The notes: a model not told the origin generated them from the letters alone. DNA of 63,402 nt, filler included, from Octopus bimaculoides (GCF_001194135.2; 5 parts of 4 records of this genome joined end to end with filler, not necessarily neighbours in it), one strand, 5' to 3'. Positions 1 to 13,200 are shown, numbered from the whole stretch's first letter. A program made the numbers and translations.

Positions 1-1031
1 TATATATATATATATATATATATCTATATATATATCTGTAGGTGTATATACAAGGCTAAATATGGTAAATATATGTGTACATATGTATGCATTTGTGTGT
101 CCGTTTACCTGCTTATTTCTGCGTGAGGATGTGAAAACATGTGAATATATGTCTGTATGTATCACTATATGCGGACGTATGCAAACATATGTGTGTATGT
201 GTATGTGTATATATTTGTGCATGTATATAATTGCGTATAGTGTGGGTGTATGTATTTGCGTATTTTAGATTTTTCACATGTGTGTGCACATATATAATAT
301 ATAACATAATATATTATACATGTGTGCACGCGTCTGTGTGTTTGCTTGTATGTATATATATATGTATATGTGCGGTCTTGTTTAACTTATATACGTGTAG
401 ATATGTGTGTATATGTGTATGTGTACGCACGTGTGTGTGTGTGTGTGTGTCTATCTTATCCTGTGCCTGAGTACGCATAGAAATATATGTATATTTGTGA
501 GCTTTTCGGCATATGTATGAATGTGAGTATACTTGAGGCCTGTGACTTCGTATACGCGTATCAGAAGCATATTTTCTTGGTATACTAGGGATGCCTGCTC
601 ATCCACCAAAGATGATAAATTCATTATAATAATTAAGTTCACACAATAACATAACCATAGATCATGATGGGAATCTAAAACTTTCTGTCTCCTGTTATGA
701 AATATGTGACAGTTATTATGAGATAAGTGCACCTCCCATACCTAATCGCATAATGATAGGTTATTGAGCGAATAACCGGACAATGAGAATTTGATAAGAA
801 TAAAGAGTGAAAGACGAGCGATATTCCACCAACGAGACACTGTGTATTCATTAATCTGCATATATAAATTTATTGAAAATTCATTAACTCAACTAGTTTT
901 CTTCATAATTACTCCGTTCTTGCATCATCGTGATTAAATCTGGTCGGAATTTGTTTTAAAAAAAACTAATAACAATCACAAACAATAACCGATATGTATA
1001 TTTTTGAGAAATTCATATACTAGAACAGTAA

Positions 1032-1246
1032 CATTATTTACATTATTTACATTTGACGGATATTCGTCCTCATCGTCTTTGTTGTTAACACAACGTTTCG
1101 GCTGATATACCCTCCAGCCTTCGAAGGCTGGAGGGTATATCAGCCGAAACGTTGTGTTAACAACAAAGACGATGAGGACAAATATCCGTCAAATGTAAAT
1201 AATGTAAATAATGTAAATAATTCCTCATCTCTTAAATATAGAACTG
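1032..1246 (+). mobile_element. Fold-back (palindromic) insertion of the 3' part of a Penelope-pLTR-like repeat, flanked by a 13-14 bp target-site duplication
   Basis: Arms 1031-1122 and 1123-1214 are reverse complements with one mismatch, centred on CCTTC|GAAGG. TACTAGAACAGTAA occurs at 1018-1031 and 1247-1260. The same sequence family is at 23161-23290 and 63135-63180. Confidence 0.85.
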
Positions 1247-1409
1247 TACTAGAACAGTAAGTTCAATGGGGCAGAATAATACAAAAGGTTGTGACAATGG
1301 ACGCCTTATACTTCTGAGACATCTTTTATATTGTATCATTTTCTTGTTTCAGTCATTTGGAATGTGGCCAAGCTCGGACACCATCTCTTGATGTTTTGTT
1401 GTAGAAAAC

Positions 1410-1766
1410 GACTTCAGTATTTATTTTTCCAAAATCTATTACTTACTCTATCGGTTACATTGTCGAGCCGCTATGTTACAGGAAATGTAAATAAGCCAGC
1501 AACAATTTTCAAGCATTGGTAAGGGAACAAACATAAACTAGAAAGACACACATATATTTGATTTCAGTGTGTATGTATGTATGTATGTATGTATAAGACA
1601 GGCGTCCACAAAATTTCCGTCTCCCAAATTCACTGACAAGTCGTGGGTCGACCAAAAGTTAGTTATAAGAGAAGAACTATATCGAAGGTGCCGAGGACAT
1701 GGATTGACCTGAAACTACGTAGAGGCAAAGCGAGCTTCGTAACCACGCGGTCATAGCTACGCCTAT

Positions 1767-1770
<4 letters not shown>
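1410..1770 (-). mobile_element. Degenerate tRNA-derived SINE (family A)
   Basis: Reverse complement resembles the better-preserved copies at 41125-41495 and 62535-62960: tRNA-like head, body and internal (TATG)n microsatellite. Confidence 0.7.

Positions 1771-1850
<80 letters not shown>
1771..1850. repeat. (TA)n microsatellite, representative of dozens of TA/CA/TACA/GA/CT/AAT tracts across the window
   Basis: Directly visible perfect dinucleotide run. Similar tracts include 5340-5440 (CT), 34274-34376 (GA), 23330-23377 (TAT) and 59520-59620 (TACA). Confidence 0.99.
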
Positions 1851-1861
<11 letters not shown>

Positions 1862-2039
1862 TATAAACATATATCATACATTAGAGAATCTAGCCAAGAG
1901 TTTAAACAATTCCATAATTCACCCAACTATTCTCTATCAGAGCGCAAATGCAAACTTAGAAAATTGTTCTTATTGTAACAATGATAAAACTAACGCTTGT
2001 CCTATCACGTAATAATGGAAGCTCTAATATATGTTTTGA

Positions 2040-2705
2040 AGTCTGTGGATAAATATGTAAAAAAGCTTGCCTTCAGTTCATCTTTGGTATTACAAGGAGT
2101 TTTCTCGGTCTCTCGCTCAACTGCGCCTCACACATAATAACCAAGGGGGTTTCAGTCTGGGGAGTTATGTTGCAGTCAGAGGTAATGTGGTCGCAGAAAT
2201 TGTCTGACAGCCAAGACTGGATTCTCCTGCTTGTGTAGCATGGTGCAAAGTCCTGTTGCCAGACATAGGGTCTTCCAGTAGCCACCCTCTTGACCGAGGG
2301 CAGCACTACTTCCTCCAGGCACTTGATGCAGGTCTCTGCGTTGAGTCTGAGGCCGTGTGGTTAGATGAATGAAGGCATAACGTCGCAATCCCTAGTGATC
2401 AATCCAAACACCATGACGTTGACTGGATGTTTGATTTTTATCTCTCTCGGAAATGTCCTCAGGTTGCAGTGTCCTTACATTAACACCCAAACACTCTGAA
2501 ATGTTCATATTGGAGCTTTCGGCGCAAATGGCAAGCAATACAGAATGTCGATTCTAAATTGTGAATTGCGTCAAGTTGCTGCTTTTCTCACAGACGGTGC
2601 CCAACTGATCCTACTATACTGCGTAGTGGACAAAATCAAAAACAAACAATGGACATGCACGAAATTAAAAATATAGAATGGCGTCAATTTACGCATCGAA
2701 CCCTG
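2040..2705 (-). mobile_element. Tc1/mariner-superfamily (maT-like) transposase remnant, internally deleted and frameshifted
   Basis: Minus-strand frames give VMVFGLI..CIKCLEEVVLP and GRPYVWQQDFAPCYTSRRIQSWLSDNFCDHIT, matching the second-D region (QQDxAPxH) of maT-type transposases. The element start TA|CAGGGT lies at 2707-2700. Confidence 0.85.
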
Positions 2706-2927
2706 TACACATACTTATATACATACATACATACATAATACACACATACACACATACATACATGCATACATACATACATACTTACATATATATACACGTA
2801 CACATAGATTATGTCTTTTAAAGCAACGCATAATTTCTTTGGGAAATGTACCAGGTTTGGTCTTGTATTTAAATGTTGGGGTCTGTGTGCGCACCATACA
2901 AATTTAATTGAAGATACGTACACACAT

Positions 2928-2959
<32 letters not shown>

Positions 2960-5376
2960 NNNNNNNNNNNNNNNNNNNNNNNNNNNNNNNNNNNNNNNNN
3001 NNNNNNNNNNNNNNNNNNNNNNNNNNNNNNNNNNNNNNNNNNNNNNNNNNNNNNNNNNNNNNNNNNNNNNNNNNNNNNNNNNNNNNNNNNNNNNNNNNNN
3101 NNNNNNNNNNNNNNNNNNNNNNNNNNNNNNNNNNNNNNNNNNNNNNNNNNNNNNNNNNNNNNNNNNNNNNNNNNNNNNNNNNNNNNNNNNNNNNNNNNNN
3201 NNNNNNNNNNNNNNNNNNNNNNNNNNNNNNNNNNNNNNNNNNNNNNNNNNNNNNNNNNNNNNNNNNNNNNNNNNNNNNNNNNNNNNNNNNNNNNNNNNNN
3301 NNNNNNNNNNNNNNNNNNNNNNNNNNNNNNNNNNNNNNNNNNNNNNNNNNNNTTTTTTTGTCACTTTTGCTATGAATTAAATTAATGAATTCAACGGGAT
3401 ACATCGTCTGCAAGTAGTTGGGCTCAGCATATTATCCTCCATTTTCTAATTGTTATATATATATATATCATCATAAATATACAGGGATTAGCATTGAGTT
3501 GCTTCTCCAACATACTGAAAAATTTAGAAATAGCAGTCAAAGAACTACTGATTCCTAAACTACAAATTTTTCTCTAAGCGGATGGCGATATTTATGGCAC
3601 ATATAGAACAAAAAACCAGAGTGAAAAGCAAAAACAAACCCGCCTTTAGCTAATTGGATACGAACGTTTCGCGGTTAAGAGAATGAAATTTCTCTATTCC
3701 GCACCTTCAGCCCAATATTCTGATAAATTTGAAAGTGTCTCTAAAAAAATTCACGGTAATTTCTGGCCATGCGACGTATTAAACTGGGATTGAACATAAG
3801 CGTTCTTCATAAATACATATAAGCACAACTGTAGAGATTATCATATACAAGTGAATATACATAATATAGACAGATACATATGCATATATGTCGTTAAACG
3901 CCTCTCAGAACATATATTACGCTTCGCACTTCAAACCAACCTCCTTTCCCTGGAACCTCCTCTCTTGCGATTCGCGTCTTTCTGTGTATATGTTTTCTAT
4001 TCACTGTAATCACTCCACGTACTTCTTTCTATTTCAGAATGTCAATCTATTCGCTACTTTTACATTTCCCCCTTGCCATCGCCATCCATCATTTTATTGC
4101 ACTATGAAAGCGCCATTGTCTGAAATGTTTAGATATTCTCACTTTTCACGACTGCCAGATTTACGAATTACCCAGATTTATTGAACGTCCTAATTCAAGC
4201 TAGTTTCCAGAGGCTTTCATATTGATTCAATACAGAGTTGAACAACAACAAATAACACGAGCATAAGCACACACAGACATTCACGTATGCATATATATGT
4301 ATGTATGTATGTATGTCTGTCTGTATGTATGTATGTATGTATATATGTACGTATGTATATATATACATAAACATATATGTGCGTGTGTGTGTATATATAT
4401 TTATACATATGTATATATATATATATATATATAAATATATCTATANNNNNNNNNNNNNNNNNNNNNNNNNNNNNNNNNNNNNNNNNNNNNNNNNNNNNNN
4501 NNNNNNNNNNNNNNNNNNNNNNNNNNNNNNNNNNNNNNNNNNNNNNNNNNNNNNNNNNNNNNNNNNNNNNNNNNNNNNNNNNNNNNNNNNNNNNNNNNNN
4601 NNNNNNNNNNNNNNNNNNNNNNNNNNNNNNNNNNNNNNNNNNNNNNNNNNNNNNNNNNNNNNNNNNNNNNNNNNNNNNNNNNNNNNNNNNNNNNNNNNNN
4701 NNNNNNNNNNNNNNNNNNNNNNNNNNNNNNNNNNNNNNNNNNNNNNNNNNNNNNNNNNNNNNNNNNNNNNNNNNNNNNNNNNNNNNNNNNNNNNNNNNNN
4801 NNNNNNNNNNNNNNNNNNNNNNNNNNNNNNNNNNNNNNNNNNNNNNNNNNNNNNNNNNNNNNNNNNNNNNNNNNNNNNNNNNNNNNNNNNNNNNNNNNNN
4901 NNNNNNNNNNNNNNNNNNNNNNNNNNNNNNNNNNNNNNNNNNNNNNNNNNNNNNNNNNNNNNNNNNNNNNNNNNNNNNNNNNNNNNNNNNNNNNNNNNNN
5001 NNNNNNNNNNNNNNNNNNNNNNNNNNNNNNNNNNNNNNNNNNNNNNNNNNNNNNNNNNNNNNNNNNNNTATATATATATATATATATATTTATTTATTTA
5101 TTTATTTATTTATTTATTGATATATATATTTATTATGCTCAATCCCATATATGTGTGCGTGTTGGTGTGTGTGCGTGCGTATATATGCATATGTATATGT
5201 ATGTATGCATGTATGTATGTGTGTATGTACGAATGTATGTAATACACGGAATTACACATCAACAGTGTGACTGCACCTACAGTGCTCTGCTGCCAACCGG
5301 AACTAACTAAAAAACACAAGTTGCTTTTTTCTTTTTACCCTCTCTCTCTCTGTCTCTCTGTCTCTCTGTCTCTCTG

Positions 5377-5445
<69 letters not shown>

Positions 5446-6082
5446 CTGCCTGTCTTTCTCTCATCATATGACATTCTCACAGGCATCGGTGACATGATTC
5501 TCCAAGGCAAAGTCTAAAGATGTAAATAAGGTTGGTAGAAGTCCAGTCTATTTGCACTTTTCTCTGCTAAGTATTCTGCCCTCCTATGCTTCCCTTTGAG
5601 GTGTATTGGCAATGAATACCCGCGATTGTCTCATACACATCTAGGAACAAGCCATTCCCAACAGATTCTGTATGATCTAGCCAGAGGAACCACCTGCGTT
5701 TTCGAATCATAACTGGCAACCTTGATCCGAAATATCACCCAGGGTACTCCTAGGAGTAGTGGCGACTGAGAAACTGAGCTGTATTTCCACTCTCTTCAAA
5801 ACTTCAGAACTCATATTCGGATACAGTTTAATATTTTGCACAGGACACAATGTGCATAACAATTTGAATATATCATCTCTGTCAAGACCAAAACATTGGG
5901 AATGGGGGAGGTGGTTGTCGGATTTATATATTTATTGCTTTGTGCAGACGCTTTTTATGGTTGTTGTTTCGTGTTTTTAGTTTACTATTTGAAGTGATTG
6001 TTTATTACCAAAAGTTTTTTTTTTTTGCTCCATCTGTCTCTTTCCGTGTGTATGTACGTATGTCTGTATGTATGTGTCTGTA

Positions 6083-6117
<35 letters not shown>

Positions 6118-6401
6118 GTATGTATGTATGCATGTACGTATGTTTGTGTGTGTATATATGGATGTATGTACGTATGTTTGTATATATATATATATATCTA
6201 TATCATAGCATATAACAACACATGTATACATATGTGTACACACACTCACACATATACTAGGACTCAAGCAGTCATAAATTTTCCATTTAAACCAACATAA
6301 CATTAATATGGAAACACCACTCAAAGGTGTCTGTGTATCGCATATATACATCCATGAAGATATAATGCACGAACACGAATACGTAAGCATACACACATGT
6401 G

Positions 6402-6452
<51 letters not shown>

Positions 6453-6801
6453 TTTATAAATAGTTATGTATGTATGTATGTATGTATCTCTTTCTCTCTC
6501 ACTCTCTGTATGTGGATATAGATATGTGTGTGTGTGTATATGTGTGTGTATGTGTGTGTGTGCCTGTATATATATTGAGTACTTTTATGAGTTATTGTCT
6601 ATTCTATGACAGAGATTTACTGTATATCTATCTAACTATCTATCTATTTATATAGATACATATGCATCTAAATAAACATATGTATGTATATTTGTATATG
6701 TGTATACACACTCACACATACATATATAACATATACACACACACATACACGCATACTAATGTATGTGTATATGTGCTGGCGTTTGAGCATAATTTATAAG
6801 C

Positions 6802-6840
<39 letters not shown>

Positions 6841-7300
6841 CACTTCAATGTATACGTATATAAATACATGGTCAGTACAGAAGTTTGGATATGAAAATAA
6901 GATGTTAAAACGTAGTCAAGAACTTGTAATTATAAGCTAGAGGAAGAATAACACAGTGTTAACAGCTTCGAATGGTGAAATATGTCTTTACACCTACCTA
7001 ATTATCTACCAACCTAGATACCAACATACATACGTATATACGTTCTTACTTACGTACATTTCTATATATACATACTTAAAATGCATTGACACACGTGTAG
7101 ACACAAATACATAAACTGCTTAGCCGTCTCCGTATCTTCTCTTTACTTTTAGCTGAGCATAAACATTATCCCCGTATGCTTTTGAAAAAATAGCGAGTAG
7201 CTGCGAACCCTTTCCCAACTGCTCGTAGGGAGCCTTAAGGACGCATTTTCTGCTTATTTTTACATATTTTTTGCCTTTAGTTAGGCGACTCCCGACTGTA

Positions 7301-7356
<56 letters not shown>

Positions 7357-7417
7357 GTCTGTCTCTCTATCTGTCTATCTTTATGTGTGTGTGTGTNNNN
7401 NNNNNNCTGTCTATCTT

Positions 7418-7463
<46 letters not shown>

Positions 7464-8340
7464 TGTGTGTGTGTGTATACACACATAATTATGCATAATA
7501 CACATACAAACATACATGTACAAACAAGAGAAGGATGCAAGATGATATGATGGTGTTCTAGGTTGTAGAAGTGAGGGCCAGTATGGCAGGTGTAATGCAT
7601 GAGAAAAGTATGATACAGATACAAGAGATAATTTTGTGCATTTGTGGGGGGATGTGATCAATGTAAAATATAAGTAGAGAGAACGATATTAATGAATGAA
7701 GAATAAAGAAAAGAGGAATGGTTCTAGATAGTAAGAAAAATAATGTGATATTAAGTGAGAGCTACAGTGATGGGTAGATCAGAGGAGGAAACTGAGCAAA
7801 GCCCCATATGTGCATATATATATATATATATATANNNNNNNNNNNNNNNNNNNNNNNNNNNNNNNNNNNNNNNNNNNNNNNNNNNNNNNNNNNNNNNNNN
7901 NNNNNNNNNNNNNNNNNNNNNNNNNNNNNNNNNNNNNNNNNNNNNNNNNNNNNNNNNNNNNNNNNNNNNNNNNNNNNNNNNNNNNNNNNNNNNNNNNNNN
8001 NNNNNNNNNNNNNNNNNNNNNNNNNNNNNNNNNNNNNNNNNNNNNNNNNNNNNNNNNNNNNNNNNNNNNNNNNNNNNNNNNNNNNNNNNNNNNNNNNNNN
8101 NNNNNNNNNNNNNNNNNNNNNNNNNNNNNNNNNNNNNNNNNNNNNNNNNNNNNNNNNNNNNNNNNNNNNNNNNNNNNNNNNNNNNNNNNNNNNNNNNNNN
8201 NNNNNNNNNNNNNNNNNNNNNNNNNNNNNNNNNNNNNNNNNNNNNNNNNNNNNNNNNNNNNNNNNNNNNNNNNNNNNNNNNNNNNNNNNNNNNNNNNNNN
8301 NNNNNNNNNNNNNNNNNNNNNNNNNNNNNNNNNNNNNNNN

Positions 8341-9227
8341 GTCGGACTCTTACACGAATTGTTAGAAAGGATCACAAAAGTACACCTCCCAAAATTACTG
8401 CAGAGCTTAATGACCACTCTGAGAAGCCAGTTTCTACAAAAACTGTTCGCCAGGAGCTGCACAAAGCCGGATTTCACGGGAGGGCTGCAATCAGAAAACC
8501 ACAACTTTCAAAAACAAGCGTTGCAAAGCATTTAGAGTAGAGTAAAAACCTACAGAATTGGTCCCTAGAGCACTGGAAGAATGTTATTTTCTCGGTCGAC
8601 TCATACTTTACCTTATTTCCGACCACCGGCCGAGTATATGTCGAGACAGCCAAAAGACGCATTTGACCCAGACTGACTTCTTCCTACTGTTAAATATGGA
8701 GGAGGATCTGTGATGATCTGGGGTGGAGGGCTGTATCTTGGGTATCTTTAGGCCCAATGGTTTCCCTTCGTGGTAGAACTAATAGTGAAGATCATTGAAG
8801 CATTTTATTTGATCAAACTCACCCTATGGTTGCGGAACTGTTTCCGGAGGGAAACGCAATCCTTCAGGATGATAATGCACAAATTCACACAGCTAAAGTT
8901 GTTATTGAATGGCACGAGGAACATTCTAGTGAAAGTGAACATCTTATCTGGCCACCACAGTCCCACCGGAGCTCAATATTATTGAATATTTATGGTGCAT
9001 TTTAGAAAAGCAAGAAAGGAGTCGATGTCCTCCACCATCTTCACTACAGGAACTGGAGGCTGTTTCAGCGGAAGAATGGACAAAAATTCATTTGGAATCA
9101 ATTCAAACTTCGTACGAGTCCATACCTCATAGAATTCAAGATGTAAATATAGACAAAGGCGGTCCTACTCCATATTAAAATAAATTTGTTTGAAATTTTA
9201 AGGTGTTTCAATTATTTTGTCCATCCC

Positions 9228-9234
<7 letters not shown>
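8341..9234 (+). mobile_element. Tc1-like (DD34E) transposon remnant with degraded transposase; 5' part lost in gap
   Basis: Translates to ITAELNDH..VSTKTVRQELHKAGFHGRAAIRKP, WKNVIFS, YGGGSVMIWG, QDDN..HTAKVV and WPPQSP. Contains stops and frameshifts; terminates at ..TGTG|TA. Confidence 0.9.
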
Positions 9235-9269
<35 letters not shown>

Positions 9270-9271
<2 letters not shown>

Positions 9272-9397
9272 TAGTATATTGCCACTTAAGTGTGGCTGAC
9301 CCCTAGGGGTGGATGTTACTGTTGCTTTTAGCCCCAGGAGGACATCTCCTCCAGCTGGCTTATCGACACACGACTGTGTCCTGTTTGCCAAGGGAGT
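9270..9397. repeat. Unclassified interspersed-repeat fragment (GC-richer), truncated by a linker gap
   Basis: Abrupt composition change between (TA)n and the gap; no ORF, and family not established from the window. Confidence 0.3.
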
Positions 9398-9497
9398 NNN
9401 NNNNNNNNNNNNNNNNNNNNNNNNNNNNNNNNNNNNNNNNNTTAATTAATTAANNNNNNNNNNNNNNNNNNNNNNNNNNNNNNNNNNNNNNNNNNNN
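9398..9497. other. Artificial scaffold/contig join (44 N + TTAATTAATTAA + 44 N)
   Basis: The linker at 9442-9453 is a palindrome with stops in all six frames; an identical 100-bp pad occurs four times. Confidence 0.95.
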
Positions 9498-9558
<61 letters not shown>

Positions 9559-9819
9559 CACACATACATATATATTATTCATGTTACCTATGTTCATATG
9601 AGCATACATTCAGAGGCACACATAAACATGCAAGATTCATACACATAAGCATACACACATACATACGCACACGTGTACTAAGTATTTTACACACATTGTA
9701 TAGAAAACATCACAGAATAAAAGAAAATGTTATGTATCTGACCATTCCTGATGGAAAGGAATGAAATGAAATGCTTTTAAATTAAAATGCCATAAAACAT
9801 TTAAATTAGAAGAAGCTAC

Positions 9820-9853
<34 letters not shown>

Positions 9854-10356
9854 TGATGATAACGACAACAACAATAACAACCATAAAAAATATATAAATA
9901 CAAGAAGAAAACAATAATGCTCTTTTAACTTCTTTTCCAACTTTCTTCTCCTAAATAAGCACCAGGCATTCTTAGAAAGATGTAGAATTTATTCCAACTC
10001 TGAGTGATATGATAAAATACCTTCAACCTACACCCTCCTCCCACCATTTTACAATCGAATAATTAACTCAATTGAACACCGTTCTTCAGGTGCACGGAGT
10101 ACAAAGCTTCCATGAACAAAAGCTCTCCCATTATCTATGAAAGAGGCAGGGAAAATTTTTGCTTGATGAAATGGCACATAAAATGGCGAAGAGTTCTAAA
10201 TTGCCACTATAAAAGCTGCTTAGATCATTTCCAGTAGGAATTATATATGAGCATGCTTGAGAGTTTACACGTATACGTATCTATGTGCTTGTGTGTGTTT
10301 AGATATATATATCTATATAAATATAAATATATATATATATTTCCATATATCTACAC

Positions 10357-10389
<33 letters not shown>

Positions 10390-11110
10390 TATATACNNNN
10401 NNNNNNNNNNNNNNNNNNNNNNNNNNNNNNNNNNNNNNNNNNNNNNNNNNNNNNNNNNNNNNNNNNNNNNNNNNNNNNNNNNNNNNNNNNNNNNNNNNNN
10501 NNNNNNNNNNNNNNNNNNNNNNNNNNNNNNNNNNNNNNNNNNNNNNNNNNNNNNNNNNNNNNNNNNNNNNNNNNNNNNNNNNNNNNNNNNNNNNNNNNNN
10601 NNNNNNNNNNNNNNNNNNNNNNNNNNNNNNNNNNNNNNNNNNNNNNNNNNNNNNNNNNNNNNNNNNNNNNNNNNNNNNNNNNNNNNNNNNNNNNNNNNNN
10701 NNNNNNNNNNNNNNNNNNNNNNNNNNNNNNNNNNNNNNNNNNNNNNNNNNNNNNNNNNNNNNNNNNNNNNNNNNNNNNNNNNNNNNNNNNNNNNNNNNNN
10801 NNNNNNNNNNNNNNNNNNNNNNNNNNNNNNNNNNNNNNNNNNNNNNNNNNNNNNNNNNNNNNNNNNNNNNNNNNNNNNNNNNNNNNNNNNNNNNNNNNNN
10901 NNNNNNNNNNNNNNNNNNNNNNNNNNNNNNNNNNNNNNNNNNNNNNNNNNNNNNNNNNNNNNNNNNNNNNNNNNNNNNNNNNNNNNNNNNNNNNNNNNNN
11001 NNNNNNNNNNNNNNNNNNNNNNNNNNNNNNNNNNNNNNNNNNNNNNNNNNNNNNNNNNNNNNNNNNNNNNNNAAGATTTTATCCTATATTATATTATATA
11101 TATTTATATT

Positions 11111-11142
<32 letters not shown>

Positions 11143-11237
11143 TATATTTTTATATATATATATATTTATATTTATATATATATATTGTCGGATTTGAGTA
11201 TTGAACATGGCATAAATATTAGCCGATACTCAAGAGG

Positions 11238-11361
11238 GTGAGTGTCGTGTATTTGAGTGTCAACCCAATGATCGTTTGAGTGAGTGTCGTGGATTTGAGT
11301 GGCATCCAACGATCACTTGAGTGAGTGTCGTGGATTTGAGTTACAATCGAACGATCACTGG
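11238..11361 (+). repeat. Tandem repeat, 3 x about 41 bp (GTGAGTGTCGTGGATTTGAG...GATCACTTGA)
   Basis: Units start at 11238, 11280 and 11321; first 20 bp nearly identical, remainder diverged. Confidence 0.85.
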
Positions 11362-11379
11362 AGAGTTTCCGAAAATCAG

Positions 11380-11560
11380 GGTTTTTATAACTGTTCATAC
11401 ACGAATCCTAGAACCGTGCCTCGTGAAAGACTTCTTCAACGAAGTTCAGAATTCGTATATGGGCAGTAATTTTTAACCAATGAGAAATGAATAATTTCTC
11501 ATGTTCGGGCAAATGAACCTACGTTCTCTCTCCGCCTCTTATGAGTTTGCTACATAAGTA
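11380..11560 (+). promoter_or_regulatory. Possible promoter/5' region of a host gene
   Basis: Unique CpG-containing sequence with CCAAT at 11477-11481, immediately upstream of a long CpG-depleted domain. Inference only. Confidence 0.25.
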
Positions 11561-11949
11561 TTTCATTTTTAAAGCAGCCAAACCACTGCAAGTTATAAAG
11601 ATTAATAATAGAGGTTGATGGTTGATATATTACTTAACATTTCATTATTTCAGGTTTCAGGAAATTTACAGAAGAAATTGAAAGGTGATGTCTCTGCTCT
11701 GTAGTGTGTATGCAGAAAGGGTTGCTTTTCTTTACTATAGTATCCAATCAGCTGCCTGTAATTAGAATTTGTTATTAGTTTACAGTCTGATTTTTTTTTT
11801 TATTTGCAAGTTTCCAATGTTTCTTTGTGTAGCATCAATGGCAACTAAGATGTCTTAAGTGTGATATTTCCATTGTGATTTTTGGTGAAAGAATTATCAG
11901 TATAGAGATGTTCTCTAACTCAAATGTGAACTTGTCTGGTATATATGCA

Positions 11950-13200
11950 TAGGGTCACAGACGTATATATTTTTGTTTGATAGGGCAGTTTAGCAATATG
12001 CCTAAGATATTGTTCTCATGAAGTGGCTGTTAAAATATACAATATCATCATCATCATCATCATCATCGTTTAACGTCCGCTTTCCATGCTAGCATGGGTT
12101 GGACGATTTGACTGAGGACTGGTGAAACCGGATGGCAACACCAGGCTCCAGTCTAATTTGGCAGAGTTTCTACAGCTGGATGCCCTTCCTAACGCCAACC
12201 ACTCAGAGAGTGTAGTGGGTGCTTTTACGTGTCACCTGCACGAAAACGGCCACGCTCGAAATGGTGTCTTTTATGTGCCACCCGCACAAGCCAGTCCAGG
12301 GGCACTGGCAACGATCTCACTCGAAAATCCTACGGGAGCCAGTCAGGCGGTACTGGCAACGGCCACGCTCAAAATGGTGCATCTCATGTGCCACCCGCAC
12401 AAGAGCCAGTCCAGGGGCACTGGCAACGATCTTACTTGGCTTGCCGGGTCTTCTCACGCACAGCACATTTCCAAAGGTCTTCAACAATATTGATGATCAT
12501 ATAAAATTTGAAGTGGGGCACCCCAATAACACCGGTTCCTTTCCTCTCCTCAATTGTGAATTCAAAAATCAAAAAGAACAGATCTGTCTCCACAAACTTT
12601 TACAAAAAAGTGGCATGCAGGGGCCTATTTGCACATTATAACACATCTTGACACATCAGAGCTAAGATGGCTTACATTAGAAATGAGATCCACAGGATAC
12701 AGTAAATACAGGAAAGCAAGAAGCAAAACACACCAACATGATACAATTCTGAAAAATCCTGATGCATAATAGCTATCCGTACTCTTTCACTAAATGCCAG
12801 GACATCATCAAGTCACCAAACAAAACCCATACATCCAAGGATAACATGTTTCTTGAAGCTACCACATTCCAACTAAAAACAGCTGCAGCAATCCAATATG
12901 CACTCTGAAAGGAGGGGTTGAATATGCAACTGGCATATTCTGGGCCTTCTCTAAGAAACAGACTAACACAAAACATCAACTCATATACATTGCCCAATTG
13001 CCGGATCGAAGATGAATATATATATGTCTGTGGTCCTACATGGTGTATAAAAATCACACATAGTAAATGTATTGAATTCTAACACGTTCACATGCAAGTT
13101 AAAGGACACTTTTATGCCAAAGTTTCTTCCTTTAAAAATCACCTTCGAAGCAATAGCGAATATCACTAGATGCTGAGTGCATGAACACCCTGTCAATGGC
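11950..13200 (+). mobile_element. Penelope-like element remnant (RT thumb and degenerate GIY-YIG), interrupted by an RTE 3' insertion
   Basis: Translates to NIDDHIKFEVGHPNNTGSFPLLNCEF and STNFYKKVACRGLFAHYNTS*HIRAKMAYIRNEIHRI (PLE RT C-terminal pattern IKFxxE..LPFLD..T.FY.K). YMVYK/ITHSKCIEF..HMQVKGHF resembles the GIY-YIG VVYKITC..C..YIG..EH motif. Confidence 0.65.
12046..12483 (-). mobile_element. RTE-LINE 3'-end/derived non-autonomous insertion with (GAT)n tail and 7-bp TSD
   Basis: Reverse complement matches the 3' end of the RTE at 52270-52405. ACAATAT is duplicated at 12039-12045 and 12484-12490; CpGs are retained. Confidence 0.85.

Noticed and set aside
451-732. 93-aa minus ORF (DEQASLVYQENMLLIRVYEVTG) as a gene
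   Set aside because: It ends in microsatellite-like sequence, has weak splice signals and shows no recognisable homology.
5470-5900. Higher-complexity block as a host exon
   Set aside because: All frames are interrupted by stops, with no coherent splice signals or recognisable motif; possibly an old LINE fragment, but unsupported.
9442-9453. TTAATTAATTAA as a biological motif (PacI/homeobox or piggyBac site)
   Set aside because: It always sits in the centre of an identical 44 N pad, so it is an assembly linker.
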